A model generated the notes under the pieces. The model saw nothing but the letters and a program-made list of their open reading frames with translations, was not told the DNA's origin and ran no database searches. The position numbers were made by a program, and so were the translations under genes. A stretch of 64,000 nucleotides of DNA, taken from Amoebophrya sp. A120 (taxonomy: Eukaryota > Protista > Dinoflagellata). The stretch spans positions 4,272,518-4,336,517 of the forward strand of contig CAJINV010000004.1 of assembly GCA_905178155.1 (NCBI GenBank), given 5' to 3'. Of this stretch, positions 60,403 to 64,000 are shown piece by piece; position 1 is the stretch's first letter; every line of letters begins with the position of its first letter.

Positions 60403-63400
60403 ATGAATAAGGGCCAGCGCGTGTTTCTCGAAGCGTGCAAGATGCGGTCGCTCGCTTGGTGCCGGCGACGTAGACGGCGACGAAGGAAAGGCAGTGTCGC
60501 CCGCCGAAATAGAATCAAGACCGATTCTGAATCAGAAACGACCGCCCGGGCCAAAGCAGCGCTCTTGCGCAAGGGGGGACGGCTGGTTTCTGAGTGCAAC
60601 TGTTTTTCCGAGCTTCAACAGCGGGAGGCCTTCTCAGTCGTCGCTGCCCTCTTTGCTTTTCTGCTAACCGTGCGACACAAGCTCTTTTCGTTCTATTCCA
60701 CTGACGCTGACGAGGTTATAATTTCATCTGCGGATCATGGGCATTTCCCCCTGCATCGACGACCTACTTCACCCTACTTTTTCGCCCGGGCCGCTGAAGA
60801 TGTTCACACCACGACAAGAAGAACGACAACATCTTCAGCACCGACGACGCACCTGCAGCTGACTCTCGACGAAACCCTGCAGTGCCAGGGCAGCGAGTTT
60901 ATCCGGAGCCACGTCTGGGGGCATTTGAAGCAGTACACGGAGAACTGGATGGACATCCCGATCCGGGACAGTACCATGTTTGAAAAACTGGTCTTGGCGA
61001 TCGACCACAACAGCCTCCTGGAGCAGCACGCGGCGGACTGCGGGTTCGGGCTCCTGGTCCTCCTCCTCGGCTCCCTCCGCTCGATGGACTACAACCACGG
61101 CTCGGCAATCGCGCTCTACTTTTACAGGTTTGTGATCGACCGGCTGCTGCCGGATTTGCGGGAGCTCTTCGCGTTGGACCCGGACCGGGTGAACGCGGCG
61201 GGCTGGGAAAAGCTGCTCGAGAACGAAGACGCGTTGATTGAGGACGAACTGGTGCCCTACGGTCCGATGCTAGGCTACGACCCCGCGATCGATGAGTCGC
61301 CTCACCCCGGGGTGCCGCCGCCCGGGGCGTATCCGTGCAAACATGGGTACGGGCTGTAGTGGGGGTTGTGTTTTCTACTTTTTCATCTTCCATACCGCTA
61401 GAAGTACGAGGACCCACTAGCGTGTATACGCTTTGATTTTGGTTGTAAGTGAAATTGTTTCTGTTCAGGCATAACTACGACGACGGACGTTGTACGTAGA
61501 GGTACCAAGAACAAACTAAAACAAGGTTGAAGATTTTTATCTACGACTTCCCGGACCTGACTACCGGCCCGCTCCATTGCCACCATGGGCTTATCAAGTG
61601 CAAAAATGTCTGGGTCTGGAAGAGTGCGTGTTTGTCATGCTTGTGTGGCATGACTCTTGAATCTGTCATGCACGTTACCCAAGCGCTCCAGTCCATTTTT
61701 CCGTCATGCAGGAACGCAGTTTGTCATGCAGAATAAGTAGGCAACACCTAGAAGCTCAGAAACTTGTCATGCTGGGCCAGCACTTGTGGCCTCATCATGA
61801 TTCGCCACCCAGCATCACAAGTTTCCAGACCCAGACATTTTTGCATTTGATATCCGAGTGGGGCGTCGAAACGCTCATCCCCGAGTGGATTCGGCGCAGC
61901 GAGTGCCACACGACCGACGTATCAACTACAATCATGTTTCAGTCTGGGAGATCATTGCGAGATTTGTCATGCTAGTTTGGCATGACTCTGAACTCTGTAT
62001 TGCGTGGCAACGAAGAACTCCTCTTGTCTGTCATGCAAAGTCGCAGTGTCTCATGCGGAGTACGCAACTCAGAACCGCGGAAAGACTTGTCATACTGGGC
62101 AGCGCATTACAGTGCGCTCACTATTCCTTTTCTTGCATCACAGGTTTCCAGACCCAGACGTATTTGCACTGCATACGATGGCGCGAACGCGGATTTCTAT
62201 CTCGTCCCCTGGTACACGTGGTGCCAGCGCATGGTGATCCCCTTGAACCGCTCCGACGGGGAGATTGACGCCGTGTACGTGTCCATGATGAAGAACGAAC
62301 GACTCACCTATTTCCGCAAGAACGAGGGCGCGGACCACATTTTCCTCATGTCCGACCAGGGACTGATTTTCTGGACCAGCTGGCGCGACTACGTCCCGCA
62401 CAGCATCTTCTTGACGACCGAGGCGTTTACCCCGAACTGCGGCAGGCCCTGCCACCAACCCTGGAAGGACATCGTCTATCCACAGTAAATTTCCCGTACA
62501 CATACAAATGCAGTCTCCGCATGACAAAACTTGCCTTCAATCCTACCCCAGCATGACAAGTTGGGCTCTGCAAGGTAGCGAAATTTGTCATGCATTTTGT
62601 ACATGATGTACAGGAAATTTTCATTTCATATCGTCATCCCCGGACACACCGACTACTTCCGGAGCCGGCGCATGCGGAAGTTTGACTTGCCGACCAACCA
62701 GCGCCCTCTCCTTTTCAACTTCCACGGGAGGCACGCCTACATCCTGAAACAGCTGGGGAGGCAGAATTACGCGGCCAACACGCTAAGGAGGCATTTGGTG
62801 GATCTGTTCGGCGACTTCGAGGAGTTCGGGGAGGACGAGGAGTATTTGGAGAGTATCAAGGCGAAAATGATCGACAAAACGGTGCCAAAACCCTACCACG
62901 GTCGCATCTCCGTCGGCGGCTTCACGGATGACTTCTTCGAGCGGATGGGCGCGAGCCACTTCTGTCTCGTGCCGCACGGGAACACCAGCTGGACGAACCA
63001 TCTGTACAATGCATTTTTCGCCGGCTGTATCCCGGTGATTTTGTCCGACAACATGGAGGTGCCGTTCGAGGATCTGCTCGACTGGAAAATATGCAGTGCA
63101 AAAATGTCTGGGTCTGGAAGCTTTCCAGGTTTGTCATGCATATTTTGCATGACCCAGAATTGTTTGTGATGTATGCCCTACCATCACAGATTTTCAGAAC
63201 CCTTCCTGATGCCTATCCCGCACGACAAATGCCCTCCCCGCGTAGCACAAACTGGGCTCCTCTTGCTGGTCATGCAATACAGATTTTTTTAGCATGCAGA
63301 GTTAGCATGACAAGTTGCAACCTTCCAGACCCAGACATTTTTGCAATCCATAGAAAACGTTCTCGGTGAAGTGGAACCAGGAAAATATCAGCGAGAGCTT

Positions 63401-63838
63401 ATTCTTATCCTGTGCAAAAGTATCGTACTCGTAGTAATCGCAATCATGCATTACAAATCTCCATCCCAAGGTAAATCAGCATGACAAATTGCATTTCTCA
63501 TGCTGAGCTAATTTGTCATGCGATTCATACTAGTACGATACTTTTGCAATGCATAACTCTACGATTTGCAGAAGTTCTCCTACCAGCAGATTTTCCAGAT
63601 GAAACAGGAAGTCGCGAAGCACCAGTGCTGGTTCGACTACAATCTGCGCAACGCCTCGGAGTGCAGCCCCTACCAAGCGGTGATGGCGGTGTTGGCAAAG
63701 AAGGCGAAAATACTGCCGACCAAGTACAACTTCGGCAGCGAAGAAAAATGGTGGGGAGCGGTCGGGGGACCAAACATTTGGGACTACATGCCGGTGGGGA
63801 CAAAGGACAAATTGTTGGCGGCCCAGTGGGAACATTGA
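60403..63838 (+). CDS. Exostosin-family (GT47) glycosyltransferase; start codon uncertain
   Basis: LKIFIYDFP, ADFYLVP, GADHIFLMSDQG, KDIV|IPG, LLFNFHGR and MGASHFCLVPHGNTSWTNHLYNAFFAGCIPVILSDNMEVPFEDLLDW are typical exostosin motifs. Five TIR inserts and one GT-AG intron. Confidence 0.9.
61592..61852. mobile_element. Introner, family A
   Basis: Family-A TIRs. Flanks gggct/tccga do not match, but removing element plus 5 nt restores CHHG.WGVE. Confidence 0.88.
61920..62175. mobile_element. Introner, family A (second subfamily)
   Basis: Degenerate family-A TIRs; TSD cgacg/cgatg. Confidence 0.88.
62477..62630. mobile_element. Introner, family K
   Basis: TATCCACAGTAAATTTCCCGTAC..GTACAGGAAATTTTCATTTCATA; TSD tcgtc. 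Splits KDIV|IPG. Confidence 0.92.
63090..63352. mobile_element. Introner, family A (reverse orientation)
   Basis: Family-A TIRs; TSD gaaaa. Confidence 0.93.
63406..63555. mobile_element. Introner, family B
   Basis: Family-B TIRs; TSD attct/actct. Confidence 0.92.
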
Positions 63839-64000
63839 GAGTGCCCTAGTGAGTTGTGGAAAAGTAAATGTACATAAAAAGGACATCAAGTGAACCAGCA
63901 AAGTTTAAGTTGTCAGAAATGCCGAATCATGTTACAGAAGCAGATCGAGAGCTCGATGGGCTTTGCGCTATGGAACGTCTGGGTTCATGCAGCGTTCTCT

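Noticed and set aside
6844-63352. Recurrent peptides such as FQTQTFLHLI, SNAKMSGSGR, ISCAKVSYS, LPDPDTFTFD and HNSPSPSFVMQ in many ORFs, suggesting a repeated protein domain
   Set aside because: They are translations of the introner TIRs in various frames, not protein motifs.
6484-63555. Dispersed ~30-bp repeats as a CRISPR array or REP-like system
   Set aside because: The repeats are inverted pairs bounding TSD-flanked inserts at irregular spacing in eukaryotic genes. There is no regular repeat-spacer array and no cas gene.

Overview
Eukaryotic, alveolate-like genomic DNA. Interstitial TTTAGGG-type telomeric repeats, all genes on one strand and massive non-canonical intron content resemble what has been reported for the parasitic dinoflagellate Amoebophrya; that identity is an inference, not shown by the sequence. 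Nine protein-coding genes lie on the + strand: a ~3,900-aa low-complexity protein, calcineurin B, a low-complexity unknown, a tandem-PDZ-like protein, an RCC1-repeat protein, a CPA2-type cation/H+ antiporter, two unknowns and an exostosin/GT47 glycosyltransferase. Their reading frames are interrupted by some ordinary GT-AG introns and by 42 MITE-like inserts (mostly 109-362 bp) from about 10 unrelated terminal-inverted-repeat (TIR) families. These inserts share TAT...ATA-type ends, a 5-bp target-site duplication (TSD) and a repeated internal TTGTNATGC/GCATNACAA motif. Removing each insert plus one TSD copy restores the reading frame, mostly without usable GT-AG ends, so they behave as introner-type non-canonical introns. 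The window also holds larger GC-rich TIR elements, one of them a foldback with ~700-bp arms that both appear to encode a membrane peptide. A scrambled, tandemly duplicated subtelomere-like region occupies 1-3.1 kb. No transposase was seen. All coordinates and counts were read by eye.
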